A stretch of 64,000 nucleotides of DNA from a virus (Duplodnaviria; Caudoviricetes), in the IMG/VR virus record IMGVR_UViG_3300037067_007515, positions 5,202 to 69,201 of that record, one strand, 5' to 3'. Each line of letters opens with the position of its first letter. Positions within the stretch are counted from its first letter, which is position 1. The notes under the pieces were generated by a model. It was not told where the DNA came from and ran no database searches. It was given only the letters and a program-made list of their open reading frames with translations. Below, in pieces: positions 43,514 to 50,831 of the stretch. The position numbers and the translations under genes are program-made.

Positions 43514-43596
43514 TGGGTAGGGGAGGACTCGAACCTCCGGGGTTTCTACTGTCACGGCTTTACAGGCCGCTTCCTTCGCCGCTTGGATACCTACCC
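43514..43596 (-). tRNA. trnY: tRNA-Tyr (GTA), long variable region, no encoded CCA
   Basis: GGGTAGG/CCTACCC acceptor, TCC/GGA D-stem, GCGGC-CTGTAAA-GCCGT anticodon arm, GGAGG-TTCGAGT-CCTCC T-arm, A73. Confidence 0.88.
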
Positions 43597-43791
43597 AGAA
43601 AGAAAGGGGGCGTGCGGGACCCGTCGCCCGCCGAGCCGCGCGGAAAGGAGTAAAGCGCACGGCGCCGCCCCCAAAGAATGAACAGGCGAGCATCGCTACA
43701 AGGGAGCCGACGATCACCGCGGCGGACAGGGCCGCGAGCCCCACCACCGCGACACCTAGGACCGTCAGCTCTCCCGCGAGCTCGCCCGGAT

Positions 43792-44616
43792 TCACGTCTT
43801 GATCTCCCTGCCCCACCGATCGCACTCATAGAGCACGGTGGCCCGACGGACGGCAACTTTGTGCGGGTATCGCTGAGGCGCGGGCCACTCGTAGATGTCC
43901 GCCAACGCAACGCGCAGAGCGACATACCGATCCCCGCGGACGCCGCGAAACTCGTCGCAGAAGTAGGGCCGCGAGCAGGCGCGAAACTTCCCGCTGCCGC
44001 ACTCGTCCACCTCCGGCGCCCACGCCGTATGCTCAAGCGTGGCGCCGACGGTCCATTGCGTTTCGCGCTCCGTGCCCTCCTGCGTCAGCCAGTTCGCGGA
44101 CACGCGCTTGTAGAGCGTGATGCAGCCCTCGTGTTCTTCTACCCCCTCCCTCTCGATGTAGGGCTCGTCTCGGTACTCCTGGATGAGCGCGTGCGCACCG
44201 ACCACGGTGATAGCCCCGGGGCGGCGCGTCGTGCATACTGAGTGCCCGTGTAGTGTGATTACGCCGTAGCCCATGTCCTGGACCATGGCACGGTTCCGGG
44301 CCTCGACGCTGGCGTTATCCCGGGCCACGACGCTGGCGTTCCCCCAGGCCTCGACGCTGGCGTTATCCCGGGCCTCGACGCTGGCGTTATCCCGGGCCTC
44401 GACGCTGGCGTTATCCCAGGCCACGACGCTGGCGTTATCCCGGGCCACGACGCTGGCGTTCCCCCAGGCCTCGACGCTGGCGTTCCCCCGGGCCTCGACG
44501 CTGGCGTTATCCCAGTAGCGCGACACCACGACGTTGCCCTTGATGACGATCAGTCCCGCGAAATCCGCCGGGATGGCATCTAGTTCGGCCTGCGTTGCTA
44601 CGACGATCTCGTTCAT
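43792..44616 (-). CDS. Octapeptide-repeat (beta-helix-like) protein with a C-terminal conserved phage domain
   Basis: (R/W)(D/G)NASV(E/V)A x9 followed by ...ITLYKRV...CGSG...K.AVR. Confidence 0.75.
   Translation of the reverse strand: MNEIVVATQAELDAIPADFAGLIVIKGNVVVSRYWDNASVEARGNASVEAWGNASVVARDNASVVAWDNASVEARDNASVEARDNASVEAWGNASVVARDNASVEARNRAMVQDMGYGVITLHGHSVCTTRRPGAITVVGAHALIQEYRDEPYIEREGVEEHEGCITLYKRVSANWLTQEGTERETQWTVGATLEHTAWAPEVDECGSGKFRACSRPYFCDEFRGVRGDRYVALRVALADIYEWPAPQRYPHKVAVRRATVLYECDRWGREIKT
44299..44514 (-). repeat. Nine tandem 24-nt in-frame repeats
   Basis: YGG G(AT/GG) AAC GCC AGC GTC GWG GCC x9. Confidence 0.95.
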
Positions 44617-44619
44617 ACG

Positions 44620-45297
44620 CTACCCCGCCTTCCGCAGGCGCTTGTTGATCTCGTAGAGCTCCCGGCAGAGCCGGAAGCGCTCCTCGTGCCCCTTCCGATC
44701 CGGCATCCGCGCGTACTCGAAGCCCTCGCTGTCATCCCTGCCGATCCGGAGGATGTACGCGTCCTCCACCTTGCGCCCGCTCTCCTCGAGGAGGAGGATG
44801 TAGCCCGCGAGTTGTGTCCACTTCTCGTCGGCGCCGCCATAGAGCGCCTTGCAGGTCTTGAGGTCGACCAGGGTCAAGGGGCCGTCAACCTCGGCGTAGA
44901 TGTCGAGGGTACCGCCGACGCGGAGCGTCTCGGAGACGAGCTGCATCTCGTGGCCGATCACGCGGATCACGTGCGCCTTCTGCCAGTCCCAGAACTTGAT
45001 CAGCGATGTCTCCGCGCGGTCGTGGTCGACCTTGGAGAACTCGTCGAGGTAGTCCTGGTCGGGCGTTGCGCCGATGAGCGAGCACTCCGCCATGTAGTGC
45101 GCCAGGGTCCCGGAGTCGGCCAGGGCGTCGACGTACTTCGCCGAGTCGATCCCCTGCAACCCCAGGTTGTTCGCCCACCGTACGAGAGCGGGCTTGTCCA
45201 TGACGTCGCAGATCGTGCTCACGCCCGGGACCCGCGTCCCGTCGGCGAGCTTGTAGACCTGGTGCCCCCGGTCTTTCTTCTGTGCTTTGTCAGACAT
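44620..45297 (-). CDS. PD-(D/E)xK exonuclease (RecB/lambda-exo/Cas4-like) partner of the recombinase
   Basis: PGVSTI...GTLAH...GGTLDIY...LVDLKT...QLAGY. Confidence 0.8.
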   Translation of the reverse strand: MSDKAQKKDRGHQVYKLADGTRVPGVSTICDVMDKPALVRWANNLGLQGIDSAKYVDALADSGTLAHYMAECSLIGATPDQDYLDEFSKVDHDRAETSLIKFWDWQKAHVIRVIGHEMQLVSETLRVGGTLDIYAEVDGPLTLVDLKTCKALYGGADEKWTQLAGYILLLEESGRKVEDAYILRIGRDDSEGFEYARMPDRKGHEERFRLCRELYEINKRLRKAG

Positions 45298-45311
45298 GAT
45301 TTCTCCCTTCC

Positions 45312-46868
45312 TCAGTCGCCGTATTCGCCGGCGTCGGGTATCAGTGCTCCTTGCCTGGCCCCGACGCATTCGCGCTTCTCTTTCGCGGTCCCCGCCTCCG
45401 CCTTGGCCTTGATGTCGGCGAGCTTCTGCATGTCACGCTCTCGCGTGCTCCCGCCCCGGGGCGCCGCGACCTTGTCCATGAGCTCCCGGTAGATCGCGTA
45501 CATGTCGTCGGGGGTCTTCGCGGCGAGACACCGCTTGGCGTACTCCCCGGCGGTCGGGAGATCCTGGGAGAGCGTCCCGATCTCCTTCGCGAGCGATACC
45601 ATCCGCTCCTCTGGGGTCTTCTTCTGGGCGAGGTCCTCCTTGATGCGGACCAGAGCCTCGACGGTCTTCGCGTCGTGGATGCGGTTACGGATGGAGATCC
45701 GCTCGCCGTCGCTCGTCACCCGCGCCTGCGTGAGCGCGATGATCTCGTCGAATACCTCCTGTTGGTCCTGCGGGCGCTTCTTGCCGTTCGCGGGAGGCTG
45801 CGGGGGCGGAACATTCTGGTCGGGCTCGCCTTCCTCCTCGGCGGGCGGCTCCGGCTCTCCGGGCTCGGGCTCCGGCGTATCCTTCGGATCCACAGCGGCC
45901 TGCTTATCCGACGGCGCGCCTTCCCGCACCTCAGCCGGGGCCTTTTCCGCTTCAACGGGCACCGGCTTGACGGGATCGCCTGTCGGCGCGGGCCCGTGCG
46001 CCTTCTCGATCTTTTGCGCGGTGAACCGCAACCACGGCACATCGGCGTTGTGGAGGAGCATGGCCTTCCTGGTCTCGGATAGCTTCTCCTCCCCGATCTT
46101 CTCGGCGTGGGCTACGAGGAGAGCATCGAGGGCCTGGTAGTCAGGTCGGGCCTTCTGGACGGGATTGACTCCGTTTGCACACCAGGCGGCCAGGCGTTGT
46201 CCGTCCTTCTCCGTGAGGATGTCCAGGCGGTGCTCGAAGAGGTGGCTGTTGTCCTTCATGGGGTGGGCGTAGTGCGTGTCCTGGTCGATGAGGAGCGAGA
46301 CGTAGAACTCGTACTCGATGCCGGGCCGCTGCTGCGGGCCCACGCCGATCTTCCGCACGTCCTTCTTGCCGCGGTCGTTGTCCTCCAGGACGTACTCGTC
46401 TTTCCCGCGGAGGCAGACGATGAGGTGGGTACTGCACCGGATCAGGCGATCCAGGAAGGAGTTGTGGCGCGGAGTGAGTTCGGCCCATCCCGCGAACTTA
46501 CCGGCCTTGCTCGTGGCCTGCACCTTATCCACGAGCTCCATGACGCCGCCCTTTCCGGCCCACTCGTGGCTGGTACTGTCGACGATGATGCAGTCGGGCT
46601 TCGTGGCCTCGACGACGTCGAGGACCGCGATGTACCGCTCCGGGGGGAACGGAGGATCGAACTCGACGATGTCAAAAGCGAACTCGTCGGCGTAGATCTC
46701 CGACCGCCGATTCTCGGTGTCGATCAGAACGATCCTACCCTCCGGCCCAACCAGGCCCCGAGCGATGCGGAGGGCGGAGTAGGTCTTTCCGCCTCCGGAG
46801 GGGCTGATGAGCGCCATGAGGAGATTGACCTGCGACCGCGTGGCCTTGCGGACAATGAACTCGTCCAT
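45312..46868 (-). CDS. sak4: Sak4-like (AAA_24) ATPase recombinase with a C-terminal extension shared with ERF
   Basis: SPSGGGKTYSAL (Walker A), IDTE, IIVDSTSHEW, RDG/RPGIEYEF motifs; start MDEFIVRK at 46868. Confidence 0.88.
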   Translation of the reverse strand: MDEFIVRKATRSQVNLLMALISPSGGGKTYSALRIARGLVGPEGRIVLIDTENRRSEIYADEFAFDIVEFDPPFPPERYIAVLDVVEATKPDCIIVDSTSHEWAGKGGVMELVDKVQATSKAGKFAGWAELTPRHNSFLDRLIRCSTHLIVCLRGKDEYVLEDNDRGKKDVRKIGVGPQQRPGIEYEFYVSLLIDQDTHYAHPMKDNSHLFEHRLDILTEKDGQRLAAWCANGVNPVQKARPDYQALDALLVAHAEKIGEEKLSETRKAMLLHNADVPWLRFTAQKIEKAHGPAPTGDPVKPVPVEAEKAPAEVREGAPSDKQAAVDPKDTPEPEPGEPEPPAEEEGEPDQNVPPPQPPANGKKRPQDQQEVFDEIIALTQARVTSDGERISIRNRIHDAKTVEALVRIKEDLAQKKTPEERMVSLAKEIGTLSQDLPTAGEYAKRCLAAKTPDDMYAIYRELMDKVAAPRGGSTRERDMQKLADIKAKAEAGTAKEKRECVGARQGALIPDAGEYGD

Positions 46869-46879
46869 AGCATCCCCCT

Positions 46880-47152
46880 TCAAAACGGAACCGATTCGGC
46901 AGGGACCGGCTCGGGCAGGTGCTCGAGGCGCTCCCTGACCTGCGCCCACTGACGCATCGCGTGTTCGATATCCGCGAGGGTCGTGCCGGTGAGAAGCGGG
47001 ATGAGGTTGGCGTCGGCCTCCGCGAGGCGAATCGAGTCGATGGCGACGTAGGGGATCGTGATGTCCTGCGAGGGATCTGACCGATTGACGGACGCGCGTA
47101 CTACTACGCAAACGCCCCTTACCGAGAGTCTCAGTTCGATGAGTGCCGCCAT
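46880..47152 (-). CDS. Conserved hypothetical protein
   Basis: Homologue at 934-1209. Confidence 0.7.
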   Translation of the reverse strand: MAALIELRLSVRGVCVVVRASVNRSDPSQDITIPYVAIDSIRLAEADANLIPLLTGTTLADIEHAMRQWAQVRERLEHLPEPVPAESVPF

Positions 47153-47176
47153 ACGGGTCTCCTTTCGTGTGACGGG

Positions 47177-47377
47177 TCAGGCGGATCGCGACGGCGATCC
47201 GGGCTTCGGCAGGTAGACCTCCTTTCTCTCCCGGTGGCTGAGTGGGCCCGAATGGGTCGGGGCGGTCCGGCGCGGGTTGCGCGCCGAGTGCCAGAGGATG
47301 AGGAAGCGCCAGAACGGGACGTCCGGTTTCAGGCGCAGATATGCGGTAGCAGAACGCTCGACCTCGGCGTCGGTCAT
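47177..47377 (-). CDS. Conserved small hypothetical protein
   Basis: Homologue at 1234-1434. Confidence 0.6.
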   Translation of the reverse strand: MTDAEVERSATAYLRLKPDVPFWRFLILWHSARNPRRTAPTHSGPLSHRERKEVYLPKPGSPSRSA

Positions 47378-47625
47378 TTCGCGCCCCCCCGGGCTCCCGC
47401 CAGATTGCCCCCAGAGGCCTCTGTTTGTACAACCACGGGGTTTTCCCCCTGGGGGACGGGGAATGTGTCGCGGACCCGCTCCTGGGGCGGTTTTCGGATA
47501 CGGGCCATGTGGGCGCGGACGGCGTACCTGATGAGGTTCTGGACCGACCGGAGCTCCCGGTCCGCCTGCGCTTCGATCGCGGCGAGCTCGTCGGGTGGGA
47601 ACGTTATGTGGATGGGCTTGCTCAC
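47374..47625 (-). CDS. Ribbon-helix-helix DNA-binding protein
   Basis: VSKPIHITFPPDEL...; homologue at 1431-1682. Confidence 0.75.
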   Translation of the reverse strand: MSKPIHITFPPDELAAIEAQADRELRSVQNLIRYAVRAHMARIRKPPQERVRDTFPVPQGENPVVVQTEASGGNLAGARGGAK

Positions 47626-47804
47626 GCCACGACCCCGGCGTTCTGCCGCTCGAGGTACTCGCGCACCGCGCGCTGGATGACCCAACCCTTCTTGCGCCCC
47701 TCGCGTTGGCAGTAATCCCTGAGCGCCTTGTGGTCGGCCTCGGAGAATGGGACGTATGCCTGCGTGCGTCCGGCGGCCGGTCTCTTGCGGATCGATTGTG
47801 CCAT
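47622..47804 (-). CDS. Ribbon-helix-helix regulator, probably leaderless
   Basis: Homologue at 2124-2327. Confidence 0.75.
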   Translation of the reverse strand: MAQSIRKRPAAGRTQAYVPFSEADHKALRDYCQREGRKKGWVIQRAVREYLERQNAGVVA

Positions 47805-47810
47805 GGGGAG

Positions 47811-47840
47811 ACTATAGGACGGAAAGAGAACGACTGTCAA
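47811..47840 (-). promoter_or_regulatory. Sigma70-type early promoter TTGACA-N18-TATAGT
   Basis: Conserved with 2334-2363. Confidence 0.75.
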
Positions 47841-47870
47841 TAGGGGCGGTCACTTTTTTTCAGGCTCATA

Positions 47871-47899
47871 TTGTCGAGCCGCCCGGGGCGCGGTAGATT
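47871..47899 (+). promoter_or_regulatory. Moron promoter TTGTCG-N17-TAGATT
   Basis: Conserved boxes with 2395-2423. Confidence 0.7.
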
Positions 47900-47916
47900 C
47901 TGTGTAGGAGGACGTG

Positions 47917-48555
47917 ATGCGTAAGTACGGTCTCTTTCTGGTCCTGGTCGCGAGTCTCTGCGTCGCCGCGTGCGATCCCTCTACGCCCACGGAGGCGTAC
48001 TCCGTCTCTCTGGTCGCCTCCGAGCACGGAGGGGTAACCCTCTCGCCGGAAGAGGATTCGTACGGCTATTACCGGCTGGTAGTGGCGATGGCAACGCCCG
48101 CGGCCGGCTATGTGTTCTCGGCGTGGGCCGGCGACATCTCCGGCACCACCAACCCCACGCACTTCAGAGTCGAATCCGACATGAACGTCGGCGCCGTCTT
48201 CGCGGAGCTGCTTCCCTCTCCCCTTATTATGTCCTCGATCCGCCTCGGGACCGACATCGACGGAGCCGACTGCGTTATTGCGCGCTTCCGGAACGACGAT
48301 ACCGTCAGGACCGTTGACGCTTTCCGTTTCTGGGTCGAGATCCTGGACGACTCCGGAGATCCGATCCTCTTCGATGGCTCCCCCTACTTTGTCGGCGAAC
48401 TCACTCCGGCATGGATTCGACCGGGGGCCGAGCTCGTCGAGACATCGTGGACCCTGGGCGGGTCCGGAGTCCCCGACAGCATCGGCGACAGCGGGCTCAG
48501 TTGGATCGCCTTCGACGACGGCACCGAGTGGGAAGACGCCCTCCACAATCCGTGA
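47917..48555 (+). CDS. Lipoprotein (moron) with an InlB B-repeat-like domain and a second Ig-like domain
   Basis: Lipobox VAAC; YSVSL...GGVTLSP...ATPAAGYVFSAWAGD B-repeat pattern; C-terminal FDDGTEW. Confidence 0.8.
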   Translation: MRKYGLFLVLVASLCVAACDPSTPTEAYSVSLVASEHGGVTLSPEEDSYGYYRLVVAMATPAAGYVFSAWAGDISGTTNPTHFRVESDMNVGAVFAELLPSPLIMSSIRLGTDIDGADCVIARFRNDDTVRTVDAFRFWVEILDDSGDPILFDGSPYFVGELTPAWIRPGAELVETSWTLGGSGVPDSIGDSGLSWIAFDDGTEWEDALHNP

Positions 48556-48564
48556 AGGCAGCAA

Positions 48565-48590
48565 GGGCCGCCCTCCCTGGAGAGCGGCCC
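48565..48590. terminator. Putative bidirectional terminator hairpin
   Basis: Same GGGCCGC/GCGGCCC stem as 2810-2835. Confidence 0.5.
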
Positions 48591-48619
48591 CGTTACTCCT
48601 CGTGCGCCCGGCACGCGAG

Positions 48620-49048
48620 CTACCCCGGATGTAGAAGCGCGCGCAGCCCCCAGCCCAGCAGGGCCCCCAGGATTCCCGCGGCCGGTACGCCGATCGCGAG
48701 TCCGATACCCCAGGCTTCCGCCTTCCCGAGCGCGGAGTCTCGCTCGGCCGTGATACCGGCGAGATCCACGAGCACCGGCGCTACGGCCTTAGCCGCCGCT
48801 TCCTCCGCCGACAGCCGGATCTCCTCGCGGGCCTCCGCCTGGAGCTCGAGCACGATCGTTGCGATCTCGGGCACGCTGTAGGACTCCTCGGGCCCGAGTA
48901 TCGAGACGATCTCCGCCTCGGTCAGATGCAGCAGCGACGGCTCCGGGGATGTCGGTTCCGGTTCGCTCGCCCGCGCGAGCGAGCACGTCAGCAGGAGGAG
49001 CACCGTCGAGAGCAGCAGCTTCCGCGGATCGTGCATCTTCGCCAACAT
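48620..49048 (-). CDS. Signal peptide + coiled coil + C-terminal TM protein (spanin-like partner)
   Basis: LLLSTVLLLLTCSLARA signal; C-terminal WGIGLAIG...LLHPG; overlaps 48789-49190 out of frame. Confidence 0.6.
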   Translation of the reverse strand: MLAKMHDPRKLLLSTVLLLLTCSLARASEPEPTSPEPSLLHLTEAEIVSILGPEESYSVPEIATIVLELQAEAREEIRLSAEEAAAKAVAPVLVDLAGITAERDSALGKAEAWGIGLAIGVPAAGILGALLGWGLRALLHPG

Positions 49049-49190
49049 CCTTTGTACCTCCTGGCCGTAGTCGGCCGAGTAGCGCCAGTATACCGGAGGC
49101 CCGGCCGGCCGTCAGCGCCCACACGACGATGAGCGCGACGGCCGCCAGGATCCACCCCGCCCACGCGAGGACCTTACCCGCCTTGGACAC
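48789..49190 (-). CDS. Rz/i-spanin-like N-terminal TM protein
   Basis: VSKAGKVLAWAGWILAAVALIVVWAL TM followed by an Ala-rich periplasmic region. Confidence 0.5.
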   Translation of the reverse strand: MSKAGKVLAWAGWILAAVALIVVWALTAGRASGILALLGRLRPGGTKDVGEDARSAEAAALDGAPPADVLARAGERTGTDIPGAVAAASDRGGDRLDTRARGVLQRARDRNDRARAPGGGPRGDPAVGGGSGG

Positions 49191-49449
49191 CGCGCGACTC
49201 CTGTGCCCTCTTGATAGCGGGGCCACCGAAAGCAGCCGCGATGATCGCGGCGTCCAGCCCGGCCAGGATCGGCAGGGCTGCCATCCACGACGGCATTCTG
49301 TCGGGGAACGCGAGCGAGATGATCGCCGACACCAGGATCAGCACGGAGGCGAGCACGGGCCCTCCGATCTTGATGAGGGTCAGCGTCGCCGACTCCTTCT
49401 CCCCTGCTACCACCTCGGGAACCGCCGAGGACGGGATCGTGTCCGACAT
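49174..49449 (-). CDS. Holin-like two-TM protein
   Basis: AGAGGAGG SD; two hydrophobic helices; downstream of the endolysin. Confidence 0.55.
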   Translation of the reverse strand: MSDTIPSSAVPEVVAGEKESATLTLIKIGGPVLASVLILVSAIISLAFPDRMPSWMAALPILAGLDAAIIAAAFGGPAIKRAQESRGVQGG

Positions 49450-49461
49450 ACGCACCTCCTC

Positions 49462-49533
49462 TTGCAGGGGCGGGGATCGAACCCGCGGCCTCCAGCTTAT
49501 GAGGCTGGCGAGCTACCGCTGCTCTACCCTGCG
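49462..49533 (-). tRNA. trnM: tRNA-Met (CAT), initiator-like acceptor and D arms with an atypical anticodon stem; no encoded CCA
   Basis: CGCAGGG/CCCTGCA (C1:A72), GAGC/GCTC D-stem, CCAGC-CTCATAA-GCTGG, GCGGG-TTCGATC-CCCGC, A73. Confidence 0.9.
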
Positions 49534-49538
49534 TCTTC

Positions 49539-50153
49539 TCATACCGGCGGCGGCCAGACGATGCCCTCGGCCACGATGCTCACCTCTTCCTCCGACGTCA
49601 TCCGCCGATTGAAGCCGTCGCCCTGCCACCACGGCTTTCGCGTGTGCCAGGAGTCGTTGTAGATCATCTCGCCCGTCGCCTTGTCGTAGGCCACCACCGC
49701 GATGTAGTGCCCCGGCGGCGTGAGACAGGCCTGCACGGCGCAATGCCGCCCCAGGTGGTCGGCGATTCTGGCCGCGGATAGATCGATGGCGCGCGAGCCC
49801 TGGATCCCCCAGAGTTCCCGGGCCGCTATCACGAGCATGGCGGCGTGTCGGTTGTTGGGCTGGAGCGTCGGGTCGATGCCGGTCTCGCGCCGGAGGAGGT
49901 CGTAGTTGCGAGGGTTGTTGAGGTACTCCGTGATGAGGTCATCCGGAGGCGCCACGTACCCCGCCGGCGTTCGCGTTGCCAGGGCACCGGAGAGATCCCA
50001 CCCCGCAGCCTCGAGGCAGGAGCACGCGGCGTCCGACCCGCAACTCTGGCGGACGTGGGTGTCTCCGAGCTTCCTCCGGAGTTCCTCGAGGATGTCGTTG
50101 TCCTGGATGTACCAAGTCGTACGTTCGGCCCACCGTGCGGCGCCTACGATCAT
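49539..50153 (-). CDS. C39-like cysteine peptidase, probable endolysin
   Basis: Q-S-C-G, GHYIAVVAYD, YNDSW catalytic pattern; occupies the M23 endolysin position. Confidence 0.75.
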   Translation of the reverse strand: MIVGAARWAERTTWYIQDNDILEELRRKLGDTHVRQSCGSDAACSCLEAAGWDLSGALATRTPAGYVAPPDDLITEYLNNPRNYDLLRRETGIDPTLQPNNRHAAMLVIAARELWGIQGSRAIDLSAARIADHLGRHCAVQACLTPPGHYIAVVAYDKATGEMIYNDSWHTRKPWWQGDGFNRRMTSEEEVSIVAEGIVWPPPV

Positions 50154-50163
50154 GGTCTACCTC

Positions 50164-50511
50164 CTACCGTTTGAGCACTATCGACTTGATCTCGGCAAGG
50201 AGCTGGGAGATCGTCTCGATGCGCTGGTTGATGAGCGCGATGTCTCCCGCCGTCGAGGATCTCACTTCCGCGATGTCCTTCTCACTCACTCCCTGGACAG
50301 CCGCGATCTGGCTCGCGAGTCCGGCGTCTACCGCCTTCATCTGGTCCATGACGGTGAGGATCTTGTCGATCTGCACCGTCAGTACCGTCCTGTCTCTGCT
50401 GCCCTGGATCGCCAGGGTTGTGGAGCAGATCGTTGCCGCGAACAGGATGATGGAGGTCACGAAGAGGACGATCTTCATGCCGTCCGCGGGCGCGTGGGTG
50501 CGGTCTGTCAT
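50164..50511 (-). CDS. N-terminal TM coiled-coil protein of the lysis region
   Basis: ATGA overlap; KIVLFVTSIILFAATICSTTLAI TM. Confidence 0.55.
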   Translation of the reverse strand: MTDRTHAPADGMKIVLFVTSIILFAATICSTTLAIQGSRDRTVLTVQIDKILTVMDQMKAVDAGLASQIAAVQGVSEKDIAEVRSSTAGDIALINQRIETISQLLAEIKSIVLKR

Positions 50512-50822
50512 TGGTGTGTTCCTCCTGCTGGCTGCTTCGATGCGTTGAGAACCTTGCGTACTTCCTCTCCGATATCCTTGCCCTCTGCCGCTGCGAGCAG
50601 GATGTCCGGGAGCGCTGCCTGTATCGCCGCGCGCTTGGCGGCGCGGGCCTCGGCCTCGGCGTCCACCTCTGGCGCTCGGATCTGCGCTTTGCCGTCGACG
50701 ATCGTCGCGGTCTCTCCTGTCCCAAGGTCGCGCTCGAGTTCGAACCAGTCTTGACCTGGCGAACACAGCGCCCATCGTCTTTCGCTCTCGTTGTCACTGA
50801 CTGCGTGGAACCACAGCTTCAT
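50508..50822 (-). CDS. Probable tail fibre assembly chaperone
   Basis: Homologue of 4599-4931. Confidence 0.55.
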   Translation of the reverse strand: MKLWFHAVSDNESERRWALCSPGQDWFELERDLGTGETATIVDGKAQIRAPEVDAEAEARAAKRAAIQAALPDILLAAAEGKDIGEEVRKVLNASKQPAGGTHQ

Positions 50823-50831
50823 CCGAGTCTC

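Larger units (their letters stand above)
2364..47860 (-). mobile_element. Apparently complete ~45.5 kb podovirus-like (BPP-1-like head) phage genome unit, read from the early promoter to the lysis/moron end
   Basis: Contiguous minus-strand early, replication, terminase, portal, capsid, tail, lysis gene order between two homologous copies of the same promoter region (2334-2423 and 47811-47899); no host genes. Confidence 0.85.

Noticed and set aside
44299-44514. CRISPR array
   Set aside because: The repeats are contiguous with no spacers, in-frame within a coding sequence, and there are no cas genes; the Cas4-like nuclease nearby is a typical phage recombination exonuclease
45312-47432. 706-aa Sak4 ORF as annotated in the track
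   Set aside because: The N-terminal ~190 aa overlap two conserved small genes in other frames; the real start is MDEFIVRK at 46868, matching the ERF start context in the sibling copy
2364-47860. Integrase, att sites or cI repressor
   Set aside because: No tyrosine (R...HxxR...Y) or serine recombinase ORF was recognised; no host DNA or att-like core duplication at the unit junctions; the tRNA-Tyr is internal and not duplicated
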